64,000 nt of DNA from Eledone cirrhosa (lineage: Eukaryota). This document shows positions 1-16,123 of the stretch, piece after piece (position 1 is the first letter of the stretch; every line of letters begins with the position of its first letter). The notes beneath the pieces were generated by a model, which saw only the letters and a program-made list of their open reading frames with translations, was not told the DNA's origin and ran no database searches. A program made the position numbers and the translations under genes. The stretch is from assembly GCA_964016885.1 (NCBI GenBank), contig OZ024746.1, positions 8,680,001-8,744,000 on the forward strand. The letters are read 5' to 3'.

Positions 1-1143
1 ACATGGTGACTCTTTCACGCGTTCGTAACTTTCGTTGGCTCTGTAGGATGATAGAAAGCTGTCACAGTATTGTATATCAGGTTTTCGTTCGAGCCTAATA
101 AATTTCATTTTATCATGACTACTGGAGGTATAATAATACATTAGGAAAATAGGCAGTAGAATCAAACACATATAACCTTGGAAAAGTAGTCCAGGATAAA
201 ACACACCCAAACCCCAAGAAGTGCTTTTCTCTACCCTGTAAGAAATGTGTTACCGGTAAGCGATTGATTCACAGTTTAAATAAATCACACCTGTTTTGTT
301 GCAATAATGCCAAGAGTTTCGAAAGAATGTGGTGGGAAGAGATGCATTCGTTTCACAATGTTCAGAATAAAGGGAGAATGTCATTGTTCTGGTGCCAAAA
401 TAGAAGTTGGTAAATTTTTTCACGATTTTTTTATATCTCTTCTTGCTATATAAAAGAATCAAATTCATTATTTTATACTTTAGAATGACTTTGAAAATTG
501 CTCCCGGAAACACAATAAATCAGTTGCTAACTTGTCATCTTTAGAATATTTTTGCCTCGTAGAAATAAGTTTGCGTCTGCATATTTGAAAACACTCATAC
601 AAACACACAAATACACATACAGACTCATACATACACTCACCAACATATGTATATATATTTACTCAACCCCTTCCACGTCTGAAATGGTCGTAGGTGGTGT
701 GTAGTGATACGGCCACAAGATATGAAGGTTACTTGCGATATACACGGATTCCAGCCAGACGAATAATCAGCTCCAGACCAACAGGGGTAAAATATTAGGG
801 GAGATGGAACAATGGCTGACACTGTTAGTCTCCAGTGATATTGGTTAAAGTACCGCTAACCATTATTTCCGTCTTCTGGGATACTTTACACGATATTTTT
901 AGGTAGACTGACAGATAGATAGACGGGTAAATAGGTATATAGATAGACAAGTAGGTAGGCAGATAGATAGATAAGCAGATATGTACGTAGGTAAAATGAA
1001 CATTATGTAGATAGATAGTTAGGTAGATGAGTAGACAAATAGATGCACAGAAAGGCAGAGAGAAAGACAAGACAAAGATAGTAGATGGTGTTGTTTTTAT
1101 TGTCCGAAGATAGATACATAGGTAAATAGCATATTGAGAACAC

Positions 1144-1183
<40 letters not shown>

Positions 1184-1273
1184 AGAGAGAGAGAGAGAGA
1201 AAGGGAGAAGATATCAGATTACTAAAACTTATCTATCTACCACAAAGTGGTTGTCACGTGACAGTCGCGTGTT

Positions 1274-1338
<65 letters not shown>

Positions 1339-1345
1339 TATATAC

Positions 1346-1410
<65 letters not shown>

Positions 1411-1945
1411 CGTGTGCGTGTGTATATGTGTGTAAGTATGCTAAGGCAAGAAGAAAAAATTCTAATTTTATGTATATATATATATATATATATTATTGTT
1501 CGTCTTGTTGGTTGTTTCGTGTCTTTTACAAGGAATACACTTGTTGGAATGTCAATGTTACCATTAATAATTTTTAAATCCAATATTTATTCAAATTCTG
1601 TTTATTCCTAATGTTTATTCCATTGCTTATTCCTCTAATATTCTGAGTTCAAATCCGGTGGAGGTTAAAGTTGTTTTCATCCTAGTGGAGATCAATAGAT
1701 AAAGTACCAGTTAACTACTGGTTTATTTAATACACTTTGCCTTTACCCACATTTTGCTGGCCTTTTGCTTAAATTAGAAATCAATATCTAGCTTAAAAAA
1801 TAAAATATTCCCTATACATATGTAATTAATTAACTTAATTGAACAAATATGTCAGTGTAGATGTTATTGTCACTTGAAATCATTTGTTCAGATATGTATA
1901 TCAGTTATTATTTGTGAATTGGCAGTAATATTCTTTAGGCAGTAG

Positions 1946-2320
1946 GGCGGTGGATTGGCAGTATCGGTAGAGGGTCGGACGCCATGCTTTCCAGCATAGT
2001 TACGTCCCTTTTCGATCTGAGTTCAAATCCCGCCGAGGTTGACTTTGCCTTTCATCCTTACGGGGTCGATAAAATAAAGTACCAGTAATGCTCTGAGTAA
2101 TTGCTGGCCTTGTGCCTAAAGTAGAAACAATTATTTGAATTGGCAGTATCGGTAGAGGGTCGGACGCCATGCTTTGCAGCATAGAGTTACGTCCCTTTTC
2201 GATCTGAGTTCAAATCCCGCCGAGGTTAACTTCGCCTTTCATCCTTACGAGGTCGATAAAATAAAGTACCAGTAATGCACTGGGTAATTGCTGGCCTTGT
2301 GCCAAAAGTAGAAACAATTA
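1946..2320 (+). mobile_element. Two tandem tRNA-derived SINEs, family 1 (MetaSINE-like centre)
   Basis: tggcagtatcggta (box A), gagttcaaatcc (box B), gcctttcatccttacggggtcgataaaat, tail agaaacaatt. Confidence 0.9.
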
Positions 2321-2378
2321 TTTATAAATCTTCTTCTACCCACATATATTATATGTGTGTCTTGTAAGATTATATATA

Positions 2379-2690
2379 CAGAGTTGAATTTAGGACTTGG
2401 TGGGCCCAGGGCACTTCCGGCTGGGGGTGGGGGATGAGGCTCATGCACAAAAAATTAAAATACACAGCAACCCCTCCCCCAATTTTTCATACTAAAGTTA
2501 GCTTGGTACACGTAATTAACATTGAAAGGTTATACATATAGGTATTACATTCTAAAATTCTAACCATCCTAAAACTAAAAGGCTCAGCTGAGGGCACAAA
2601 TAAATTATTACGGCCGTCGCTGGTGGCTCCCAACTTCAAGGGGCCCGGGGCAATTGTCCCTTTTCCTACCCCCTATTAAATCAGGCCCTC
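2379..2690. mobile_element. hAT-type MITE
   Basis: Imperfect TIRs cagagttgaattta / taaatcaggccctc with gggccc subterminal motifs. Confidence 0.55.
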
Positions 2691-5489
2691 TATATGCATA
2701 AACGCTCTTAAATCAATTTTATTTATAAATTGTCTTTTCTAAATAGCTATTTAGTAGTAATTAATACCTTAAATTTACATATTTATATTGCCTAACGAAT
2801 GAACTCTAGCAATGGCTTCAATAGATAACCAAAGTGCCGCCTGTAACATTAAGGAACATTAGTACATCCCATATTCACATTAACGCAACGAACTGTTGAC
2901 AAATATCATCGGCTTAATGTACGTGGAGTTAATGATCATACATTCGAGAAATAACTTCCTGTAATAAATAATAAAAATACATATTATTACAACTTACAAA
3001 CAACAGATGTTACACAATTATATTGAAGAATATGTGGAGATGCTTTTATCCTAGAAAATATTCGCTTCGTTTGAATGTCCTCCTTTCTTTGAGAAAGTCT
3101 ACCGAAAGATCAACACACTTCCCACACCGATGCTTCAATTCGGACCTAACGTCTCCAGTCTGAAGTCCTGTCAAGAGATACTAGTACCGCCATGTTTGCA
3201 AGCTGGTAAATGTTAAAGTTAGATATTTTAGACGACAGCAATTTGGCATCGATATCTTGCCGTAAAAATCTAACAACGAGTGACTTACGCCAGAATGTAA
3301 TGCATATAAAATCAATATAATTAAAGTTATCTGGAATATATCAAGTGGAAATGTTAGCATTAAGTTTGTGTGAATAGTAGAAAATCTAAATAATGTTTGT
3401 TTTAAGCAGCAGAGATTTTCTTTATGTATTTCTGATGTTAACTGTTAGAGAAGATGGTGAGAGAAAAAAGAGAGAAAAAAAAGGACAGTTGTTTCTATTA
3501 ATAGATTTTATTCGACCACTCTGCAACAAATAAAATGTCTTTTAAAAATATACATCACTGACAATGCTTGGTATGGTCGGTCTGGAGCCGGAAAATAACT
3601 GCTTATGATGATGATGATGATTGTGCTATTTTTCAAACCGCATTAGACATTTCTGAACGACGTCTGCTACTCTTCAATCAGGAGAAGCAACCCATAATCA
3701 GCATCAGTCATACAACTATCAACATAACCATAACAATAAGAAAATAGTAAGAAAATACGAAGAAAGAAAACAACAAGAAAGCCAACTAAATACGTATAGA
3801 TCAAACAGTGCAATAAGATAGGTGTAAGAGACATAAATAAATGAAGACGATTAAATAAGAAAGTTACTGATGAAACGAGGCTAATTAACATCACGACCGT
3901 AAAGATGATTAAACATGTCCTTCGCTTCATTTTAAAAATAGTTTGTCACCCAAACCTCAATAAGTGTCAATACTAAGTCAGAGACATATATTACAACTAC
4001 TTCATGTGCTTCTGAAACTGATGGCTATATGACATCGAATATTTAATCTTTTTTTTTTATTTGATGGCATGCATAGTTATTCTAATGTGAAGTCGAGACG
4101 CTGTGTGAAATTCCTCACAATCTTCCGGTGTCACCATTCGATCAGTATTTCGGCTTCGACCATCACATTGTCTTTGTTGGCATATGTCCAGGACTACTTT
4201 ATCCAGCGTATTTATCCATTTAAAGATAGTAAGCTGTACATGCTACTTTGTTGGCACGAGAAACTCCTTCTTTTACTAGACAGTTTCCTCAGCCAAACTC
4301 AACGACATAACACCACTGGTATAAAACAATAATTAGATCCATCATGGATTATGTCAACCCTACCATTATCACACCAATATCTTTGTGATAACTACATCTC
4401 ACTAAAAGCAAAGGAAAATAAAAGTATTTCACATCATCGTACAGTGCAAACACACCACAGCCATAGATCACCTCTACAAGCTAAAAAAGAAAAAAAAAAA
4501 AAAGATACAAGACCCAAAATGTAAGATAATACTTCCGCTTTCGTAGTCACTGTCACAACATACATAATTACTCTTGAAACAGTCACGTGGACGACATCAC
4601 AGAACAGAACAACACTTTTTACACATGCCCATTGTTTAAATATACACTGTGTTAACAATACACATCGCTTGAATAATACACATTATAAACATTAGAATTA
4701 CAATTAAATTTACACACAACTTTAAATATACACGATGTTTTAAATATTGTTTTAAATATAGTATTTTAATTCTACACTGTTTTCAATATTCTTTATTTAA
4801 ACATACTGTTTCCAATATACACAGTATTTTAAACATAGTGTTTTCACACATACAGACTGTTTTAAACAAACAGTATTATAACATACACTATACTGACTAC
4901 ACATATTTTATTTGTTTTTTATTGTGAGATGGTATTCTTGTATTTTGTTTTTAAAATCGTAATTTCAGTTTTCATTAAACCCCTTCCCCACTTCCCATAT
5001 CACCTTTTCTAAACAATCACAGCATTCATTCTTATATAATAAACACTTGCTATTACTTTCACCAGTCAATTAAATCGATCGTAAACTCCTGCAAGGTTGG
5101 ATGACTAAAGTCAGTGTTATAAATTATTATTAATTATGATATAAATTAAACAGCTTTATCCGTATCTTCATTATATTTTATTATCTCCCGAAGCAGTTCA
5201 CGGGTCAACCGAAACACGGTCTGTTTTAAAGAATACATGCATGTTTATTTCATTTTAACTGCCAAGATGATGCAATGAATGAACTACGAAGCTATCTAAT
5301 TTTTCATTTGAATAGTTTCTTAATTACTAAAAGATAAATTACTGTTAACAGATTCAACCTACCCATAGACAATATCAAACAAAAGAATATATTATCATTT
5401 TAATGACCGGATGGTACCACTGGTCAGTATATTAAATGGTTCCATATTGGCTTGACGTTTTCTTTCCTCTTTTTTTTTTTAAAAATTGA

Positions 5490-5551
<62 letters not shown>

Positions 5552-5589
5552 CACTACTACTACTACTACTGTGTGGCTGTATGTGTGTG

Positions 5590-6545
<956 letters not shown>

Positions 6546-7115
6546 TTTTATGAAATATACTTGTTACTAATTCATATACTTCTCTGTTGATTTCCTTTTA
6601 TACGTCGAGGTTTTCATATTTACCAAATCAAATTTATTATGGAATAATGTAAATGGACCAATAATACATAATGCCGCACCTTAGATAAATGGCTGTTAGA
6701 CATGTCACATCTGTATGGCAGAAAAATATATCATAATTACGGAATACATATTTTAAAGAGAGTAGAGTATTATGTGAGGGAGACCTGTTTACTATTTGAA
6801 TCATTTAGAGTGACTACACTCAGGCTACTGCATTAGTTTGCATATAACCTATTTTTTGTGCCTGTGTATGATTGTGTGGGTCTATGTGTTTGTGAATAAT
6901 ATAGAGAATTATAACATGTGTATGTATATAATTATATATTTGCCTTTCTCTTTTACTTTACCCTCTCTCTGTCTCTTTCTCTTTCTCTCTCTCTCTCTCT
7001 CCCTTATATGTATATATATATATTTATTTATTTATTTTTTTATTTATACATAGGTACACACACACACACATATATATATAAGCTTGTTGAATCCCAACAA
7101 ATTAAATATAATCTC

Positions 7116-7195
<80 letters not shown>

Positions 7196-7513
7196 ACACT
7201 TGTATAATGCAATAGCATATCTGAAAAAAAATCGATATTTTTTAAACTATAGGCAAATGAGATTAAACCATCCACCATTGTGACGTCGTAGACTCTGTCG
7301 TATATATTATATGAATATTTCTCGACTACTTACCTCATACTTTATATGACAGCGACATTTTGTCATATTTATTTATAGCCTGTCGACCATAATTTGTCTA
7401 GTAATTTTCCATACTTACTATTTTTTCCGCTTGTTGTATAGCCCTGGTCGGCGTCGACCAGACCTTTTATGAAAAGCATTTCAGGCACGATTTTCCTGGC
7501 TTTCCTTTAGACA

Positions 7514-7702
7514 TAATTGTTTCTACTTTAGGCACAAGGCCAGCAATTACCCAGTGTATTACTGGTACTTTATTTTATCGACCCCGTAAGGATGAAAGGC
7601 AAAGTTAACCTCGGCGGGATTTGAACTCAGAATAGCAAGGGCCGTAACTCTATGCGCCAAAGCATGGCATCCGACACTCTACCAATACTGCCAATCCACC
7701 GC
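7514..7702 (-). mobile_element. SINE family 1 with 17-bp TSD
   Basis: TSD tttcctttagacataat at 7501 and 7703. Confidence 0.9.
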
Positions 7703-8357
7703 TTTCCTTTAGACATAATGTATGCTTTTATTAAGCCAGTTGTGTGTAATTTTCTTGACGATGTATAGGCACCCGATGTTGGCGAGTTTTCTATTTTTAT
7801 TTTTTTTTAATTGCTGAGATAAATTGATTATTTGATTTCAGTAGCGAGTTTAAGCGATGTCACATCACCCATAATGCTTTGGAGAAAGATATGTTTGATG
7901 CAAATTTCCATAAGAAATATCCTATAAATTTGAATCTTCGAGTTGAGGCAAGGAAATAATCTATATTGGATAATAAGCTCAAGGTGAGCTGGGTTCATGT
8001 CCGATTGGACTTTCATATAAGTATTTTGTGAATATCGGAAAATTACTGACATCACACTACCTCACGAAAACAGAGGATACAAAGGAAATTATATGAAAAT
8101 AGTGCAGACATTAATTCTATATACATACATTTATCAAACAATCTACAAAACTGCATATAGATACGTGCGGAAGTAACATTGTATTAAAATTTACGTTGTA
8201 TATGCACAGGAACATACATACACACAGCTACACACACACAAACATACACACATGCACACACACATTCTCACACACATACACACATACACACACATAAACG
8301 TACACACACACGCACACACACACACATTTATTATATAACGATTGCTTCATTCTATAT

Positions 8358-8752
8358 TATTTATTTATTATTGTTTATTTATTTATTTGTGATAAAAGCC
8401 AACAAACAAATCGTACAACACAATATAACTTCGCCTATTAATCCGTATGGGGAGCAAATGGGGTCCCACGTGCTGGCCTCCCCACAGCCCCGGCGGACAG
8501 GATGGAGAAGGCGTTTCCCTGGGAGATGCGCTGGGAGATCCATTCCAACTCGTGAGGCTCACACCTGTGGCTAACCAGCTCAGCGACTATGGTGGTGAAT
8601 AGGGAGGTAGCCCTAGGGCCGAGGACACCAGAAGTCTCTACTGTCAAGGACACGACCGCGACCCTGTCGGAGAGCGACCGGTACTTGGGGAGTTTGGCCT
8701 CCTCAGTCCGACGTGCAGCAGTACCTGGGTTAGTCGCAGACTGCACCAGGTT
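8358..8752 (-). mobile_element. CRE-clade non-LTR retrotransposon 3' end (restriction-like endonuclease)
   Basis: ORF 8438-8746: GTAARRTEEAKLPKY...VETSGVLGP...QRISQGNAFSIL matches the CRE-type RLE C-terminus; (TAAA)n tail at ~8358-8388. Confidence 0.85.
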
Positions 8753-8763
8753 TGGAATATTAG

Positions 8764-8951
8764 TATCTCCAAGTCGAGTGTTAAATACGTTTCTTTTAAT
8801 TTAGATTTGTAGTCACGATGAAGGACTAGTGTCTGAAATGTTAAATCATATTATAGAATTAGAAAGAGTTTTAACATTTCAGACACTAGTCTTTCATCGT
8901 GACTACAAGTCTAAATTAAAAGAAACGTATTTAGCACTCGACTTGGAGATA
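8764..8951. repeat. ~80-bp-arm inverted repeat with HHR-like words
   Basis: Arms 8764-8844 and 8870-8951. Each reads ACGATGA-a(g/a)gac tagt gtct-GAAA-tgtt inward; no stem I seen. Confidence 0.75.
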
Positions 8952-8959
8952 CACAAGAT

Positions 8960-9560
8960 GATACGAGAGTCACAAAAGAGAAAAAACTTGGATGTTATCG
9001 AAATTAAATTTTATTTATCGAACTTATGGATTTGTAAATCTAAAACACTCAGAATAATTGAAATCATCAGGAATGTCATTCTTGATGATTTTATGCGAAA
9101 AACAGTTCTAATCTTTTCCTCTTCTTGTCGTATGACATATACAAAATAGTTAGAGAGCCAGGTCGAGACCGGTGAGCCTGACCAAGGTGTCATTTGAAGC
9201 ATTATGGATTGCCTCCAAGCCTCCAGGAAAACGCCTGAGGGTTCAATCTTGAACAACATGCTGTACTTTCTGGTCAGGGTACTCATAGTCACATGCTAGT
9301 ATGTCTTTCATTTTCCATCGATAGAAATAACGGGTTGTTCTGGCATGTGCTGTGCAGACTCGATTAAGAGAACACACATTTCTTCCTGGGAAGGTCGAAG
9401 TCAGCTGATTTAGATGTGGGTCTTAGACGAGGTCTTGGTTGGCAAATTTGGACTCATTCCATGATCTCGCCAGGCTTCCTTCAGATCAAAGTTATTGACC
9501 TGATGGGTCTTCATTGATTTCCAGAATGGTTCTAATCTTGTAGAAGTTATTTCTATATGA
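8960..9560 (-). pseudogene. Possible decayed Penelope-like reverse transcriptase fragment
   Basis: GSPVSTWLSNYF...EEK resembles the RT 'MGSPxSxxLANxF' motif; a shifted frame gives CFRF. Adjacent to the 8764-8951 fold-back. Confidence 0.35.
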
Positions 9561-10306
9561 AATATCTTTATATCTTTTCTATGAATATATTGAATACCAT
9601 ATTTAACTATAGTTTATTATCGATCTTCGTGTGTACAATTAAAATTCTACCCACGTACACGCACATTCATACACACATATCCCCTAAAAAATATGTATAT
9701 AACTGATATTCCAATACACATATATCATCATATAATGTTGTTTATTTCATTTAAAACGATAGCTTTTGCTTGAGATATGTTCTAGCATGTCAAAACTAGA
9801 ACTAAGTATTAAGTTGGTCACAAGACGATGAATATAATTGTAACCAAGCTTCAGAAACATTTTATTGAATGTACGCTTTAAATAGAATAATACAACATAA
9901 TGAATATTACGCCGTGAATAGAACTACATTATATAAATATACACAATATATATCTACTGATATAACAATGACTACCAATGACGGAAGGAAAACTATAATT
10001 GAGATTTTAAAGAATTAGATAAAGAGCTAGAACAACAGTAACAACAACAACAGCAATAATATTGATAATAATACATATATTAATATTTATATATAGTTGG
10101 TAAATAAAGCAAAATACTCACAGGGATGCAAAAAGTACAAAGTCTTAGGTTCATGCTTATATATATACTTATATACATATATACATATATACATATATAC
10201 ATATATATATATACATATATACATATATATACATATATATACATATATACATATATACATATATACATATATATATATACATATATACATATATATACAT
10301 ATATAC

Positions 10307-10390
<84 letters not shown>

Positions 10391-10394
<4 letters not shown>

Positions 10395-10585
10395 CGAAGG
10401 AGTTGTGGTAAGGAACCAGATGGACCATAACGCACCAGAGTACTCAATACTTAAGGTAGTAGAGTGGGTAATAGGGAAATGTATGACCCCGACGGCAGAG
10501 CTCAAGCCGTTTCGACGGCTATTTCTGGACTGAAATAGCTGTCGAAACGGCTTGAGCTCTGCCGTCTGGGTCATACATTTTCCTA
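10391..10585. mobile_element. Fold-back cassette family A in (TA)n (putative Penelope-like terminus, HHR 3' half)
   Basis: Long arm plus a shorter inverted arm around gacggctatttc-TGGACT-gaaatagctgtc. Each arm reads GAAA-cggc...gccg-TC outward. Homologous copies at 21435, 21611, 37759, 57361 and 59616. Confidence 0.75.
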
Positions 10586-10761
10586 TATATATATAAATAT
10601 GTGTGTATATATACGAATACATTTACGCACACACGTACACACACTTACATATACACTCATATACATACACATACATGCACACAAACACGCACACACACAC
10701 ACATATATATGTATATATATATATATACATACATATATATATATATATATGTGTGTCTCAT

Positions 10762-11320
10762 GGTCGGGTCGTTGGCGACTAAACTGGCAACCCCACCAAG
10801 GTTTCTTGGTGAGGTGGGTGACTTTGGACATCCTGCAGGACTAAAAACAAAACCTGTCAAAGGGCAAAGGAGCTCTTAAGAGTCAATGGCCATCCAAAAT
10901 CACCGGGAGAGATGACCCCTTAGCCTTTGTCAAGGCAGAATTCTAGGAGAAGGAAAACTCTGATATAACACCTGCAACCCTGATGGTATCCAATGATGTT
11001 GACTTGTTCTTCTTTTTGGTAAATATCATCTTGGTTAAGAGAGTGAGACTGGCTTTGTGCAGTGCCTTTGCTCACTATAAAAGCTTCACGGCACAGGCAT
11101 TGCTTTATATCTGGAGATCTCTCTGCACTTGTCGTCACATGGTACCATGGGCCCAGCACTATGTGCCAATAATTGTCACAAGTATAGTGTTTGTACCATA
11201 GTTTTCAAGTCGCTGGGTGGACTAAAAAGTCACACTCGTTCAGCGCATCGGTAGGGGTTCTCCTACATGGATATAAAGTAGTGGCCGTACTCGAAAACGA
11301 GTTGGCAGCCACCATATTCA
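10762..11320. mobile_element. Rearranged RTE-clade LINE (5'UTR-like part, inverted endonuclease-like piece, 3' end)
   Basis: aaggaaaactctga 5'UTR-like motif; minus-strand WHIVLGP..; plus-strand [16 protein letters not shown] then ctcgaaaacgag stem-loop. Confidence 0.55.
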
Positions 11321-11448
11321 CATATATATGTATATATATTCATATATATATATGTGTGTGTGTATATATATATACATACACACATATATATATATATATA
11401 TGTATGTATATATATATATATACAAACACACATATATATATATTCATC

Positions 11449-11480
<32 letters not shown>

Positions 11481-11539
11481 CACATATATATATTCTTATA
11501 TATATATTTAAAAAAAAAAATTTTTTTTAACATATATAC

Positions 11540-11571
<32 letters not shown>

Positions 11572-13299
11572 ATATATATATATATATCTATATATATATA
11601 CTTATTATATATAGTTATATATATGTTTGTAAGTATGCGTGTTTATAATGTTTTCATGTGTGACTATATAATAAATTCATTGTCCTTGTTTACAAATAGC
11701 AAAGAATACATAATGTCAATACGGGAAGTAAACTAAACACACACACATAACGTCTGGTGTTGCTGTCATCGCTGTTGTCTAGCCACTTATCAGCCATGTT
11801 CAAGAAAACTTGTCATGAAAGGTGTTCCACGCATTACCTAACAGTTTTGTTATTCTAAAGTATGTAATCCCTCATATTCTTATTTGTTTTAAATATACAA
11901 CTATTTACAATGTGATTTCAGCAATCAGACGAAGCCACTCAGTTGAAGATCATCCATTGTCTCATTATGTTTATGTTGTTGTTATTGGTTAGACATGGCG
12001 CAGTTCAGATTAAATAAACTTACGACCAAAAGGTATTTCGTCTTATTTTATGCTTCACATACGGTGTATCAAAGATCACATCAATATTTCGTAGATGGTA
12101 ATGAGTGATTTGAAAGAAATTCGGCTGCTATTTCAAGCAGATCGAGTGACCTTTCAATGCATATCATCAAACATAACTTTTATTTTTTAGAGACGACAGT
12201 GGGTGTGATCTGAAAGAGGCTTTATTGCTATTTGAAACGTTACGAAAATATAGAGGTTATCCTCCAAGAGGTATGTCGTTCATGAAGTTTAAAGCGAGAT
12301 TAACAATTGGTAAAATTGAGTAGAAGCGGAATGGAAATTGTTAATGAGTTCATTTCATTTAGAATTTACATCTACTGGTGAATAGAAATTATATGATCTC
12401 ATCCCCCCCCCCCCCCCCCCCCCCCACGAAAAAAAATAAAAACCTCATTAAAGTAGTTGTTAACGTATTTATTGTCGTCTGCCAAGACATTTTAATTTAT
12501 TCAAATTACACATTTAATGAGAAAACCCCAACCATCGTTTTAACAATAATATCTGGTCAGAAACTCAAAGTAGAGAATGCCCGGAATTTAAATTAATTAT
12601 ACAACATTATAAATACAACGCAGTGGGGAGTAAGTCCGATCTTTGGAAGTATATCGGCAACTCTGGGCATACTTTGTGTTTATTAATCATCATAACGGAT
12701 ATAGTAGTTACTGATTAAGTCCCACTGCTGGGATTTCAATAATATTATGAAGATATCTTAAAACAATATCTAACATGTGATTCACAAAAATACTATTAAG
12801 TCTAATTTTTCCTTGGTTTAGTACATCTTAGAAATTATAATTTATTAACAATTGTACACTAAATAGCTTAGTTTAGTTGTTATACAAAAAGGAAACCTCG
12901 CGTATAAAATCCTCAGCAGATATTCATACTCCTACTCCGCATAGAAAAATGTTTTTTCTATTCGGAAACTCATGAAAACTTATTTCAATTCATTGCATAT
13001 AATTCATTAATCATATAAAACTAATAAAATATAGTGTAGTTAGAAACATTCATGATTTCCCAGTTATTTGCTTGCATTAGTGTATTTACATCAATCAATA
13101 TCCCATATAAATTATGTGGTAGTGAACATTTGGTAGAAAATGTATTAGAAACATGTTACTTTGTTAGGAACTCTGTTTATCTATCTTTCCTCAAGACACT
13201 GCGCTTAAGTAGTTGAGAGCTACTTATTAAAAATATGAATAGATTTGTGTCTAGAAACAACTTATGTTTAGATTGATACCAGGTTTACCCAACTGTTCA

Positions 13300-13620
13300 A
13301 ATCATGTCATCTTCAGCCTTGGAAAGTCCGTTGTTGGACATAGGCCTCCCCCAAGCTGCACCTTCTCTGCCGATCTTGAACCATTGTGGCCAAAAGTTTT
13401 CAATTTTCCCGAGATCGTTTCATCACCTGGTTTTCTAGCATCTTCGGTTTCTTGTGTGACCTCAAGGTGTCCAGAATGTGATATGGGTGGTCCATCTGTG
13501 TCCTGCCCACTTCAATTTTGTTTTGCCAATGATTTCTAGGATGTCACAAACTTGTGTTTTGTTTTCTCGGACTCATTCGGTGTGTTTTTGATCTCACCAT
13601 ATAATGTTTAACATGATGAT
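13300..13620 (-). mobile_element. RTE-clade LINE 3' fragment
   Basis: Minus translation TQVCDILEIIGKTKLKWAGH..RWTT..WTP..LGEAYVQQ, with stops. Confidence 0.8.
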
Positions 13621-14562
13621 ATTGTGTAACTTGATTTAATTGTATAATTCATATATATTCAATTGCATATTACGTATTCTTCCCAATTATATTTTACCAG
13701 TAAAGTAGATTCATGTTATAGAGGTTTCAGCATATTGAGTTTAATAGATTTATAAACTGATAACCTTCTATTTTAGTAGGACAGGACCTACAAACACAGG
13801 ATTGAAGTAATCATTGCTGTATCATGTTTTGTATAATATGGGGGCTATCACTATTTCTAGCAGATCAATTGACCACGTAGAGGACCCGTTAATGCTACCC
13901 ATGATTTATTTACTAGTCAACTTTAAAATGATTTAATGTCTCGTGTCTCAAGCGTAATATCTATTACACACCTATTTTAACAATCAGTAACATTTCATCA
14001 AATTTATTTAAGAGATCTCTGTAAAACAAAACTAAATAAGCGCAAAAGACAGCTGTTTGGGCAATACTAATTCTACAACTCAACAAATAAGATACTAAGC
14101 ATTAACTAACCATCTAATCAAATTTATAATTCAATAATCAACTAACCAGCTAGTAAACCAACCAGTGAAGCATCCATCTAACCAACGAAATCGTTTCAGG
14201 CTTAATCCAAACTTTCATGTGTACAGTCTTTTCTATACTGTTACAACCTATGAGTAATCTTTACATAATATTTATCAATTACAGTTGAAGTTATTAATGT
14301 CCAATGTCTGTCTACCACGTTAAACTAACTGGCTATTCTCTCTACTTAAACGCGTGAATAACTGTAGGGTTAGCGCGAATTCCCCTCATCAGGAATTATT
14401 CGATCGCTTACTGAACGAAAATATATAGAACTGCTAAGTGCTACATAAGTTCCACAACAGATCACATGGAAATAATTCCTATTAGAACTAGGAGAACCTA
14501 TTATCAACAGTATAAAAACATATCATTTATATACACCATATCTACCTCTCTCTCTCACACAT

Positions 14563-14688
<126 letters not shown>

Positions 14689-14823
14689 TCATGTAAGTAA
14701 TAGAGAGGAAAAAGATTATACCCAATACTGGAAGTAGAAGAATACACACACATACACACACACACATATATATGTGCGTGTGTGTATGTGCATGTATGTA
14801 TGTGTGTGTGTGTGTGTGTGTAT

Positions 14824-14916
<93 letters not shown>

Positions 14917-15887
14917 AGTGTGTGTGTGTGTGTGTGTGTGTTCACAATTGCAGATGTGGATAAAAATCTGAAAGAAAAAAAGAAACATCTAAAATGAAAG
15001 AAAATAGAAAGGGAAAGGTCAGATAGAGAAAACTCCTTGTATTATCAGGCTGGAGTTATATAGTTATCATGGAACTATTTTGAAGTTTACCGACAAGATC
15101 TAACTTCTTCCATCTTTCATTTAACTCATGCAAGTCTTAAAATAAGATAAATAACTGCTAATTTAAGCCGAATAATTTATAAACTTTACTCCATTCAAAG
15201 CCAAATATGTATGGACTGGTAAGCAGGGATAATTTGCTCCAGAATTTTCAATGAGTAAGTTGATAAAACCAGTCCTTGAAAATATTCTCATTGAAATCAA
15301 TGTTAGTCTTTCAGCATACGTTCATTCTAGTGTTGTACCATAGTGTAAAGTACAAAGGAAATTACCGTTAGAAGCAATTTAATTTCAAGTTCAACAGAAA
15401 ACTATATCCTTTATGCTGGAAAGGATTTTCAAATTGATATGTGCAATCGAGATTACGAAGTTTTTTTAAACAAGAACAACTAAAATACAATACACAGTGG
15501 AACACAATGTGATCTAAAATAGACCAAGAGGGATTTTGTAAGAAACTAATAAAGCCAGAGATTTTGTGTAAAAACTAATATCATCAGAGAGGTTTTTTGT
15601 GAGAACTAATAACACTATAGATCGCGTAAATTTAATTTCTGCTTACTTCCCGACGAAACATAGATATAGTAGGATCTCCATTAAGAAATTTTGAAAACAG
15701 GCTTAATTAACCATTCAATTCAAAGCTCCTCCGCAACAGCAATAATACAATCTCTTTTCCTACATGTAATTCAATTGTTGCAAGTAATTATCTTCTCAAT
15801 GGTAGTAATTGCTTTTTGAAAGCCTTAGTATATTCCACTAAGGTAGATAATATTCTGAAGACAGGATAATTTCTGTTAGCTACAATG

Positions 15888-15959
<72 letters not shown>

Positions 15960-16074
15960 TAAAATAACAGATTAAAGTTTAAGCAAAGAATCGCTGCTTT
16001 CACCCTTAACGGGATCTTCTGAAACTAACCTTATAGAGCCCTCTTGGGATTTTAGTCTTCAAATTTATTATTAT

Positions 16075-16118
<44 letters not shown>

Positions 16119-16123
<5 letters not shown>

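Noticed and set aside
10391-10585. Family A as a classical TIR MITE with TA TSD
   Set aside because: Arms are unequal, palindromic to the centre, vary between copies and carry HHR core words; a retroelement fold-back fits better, though a MITE is not formally excluded.
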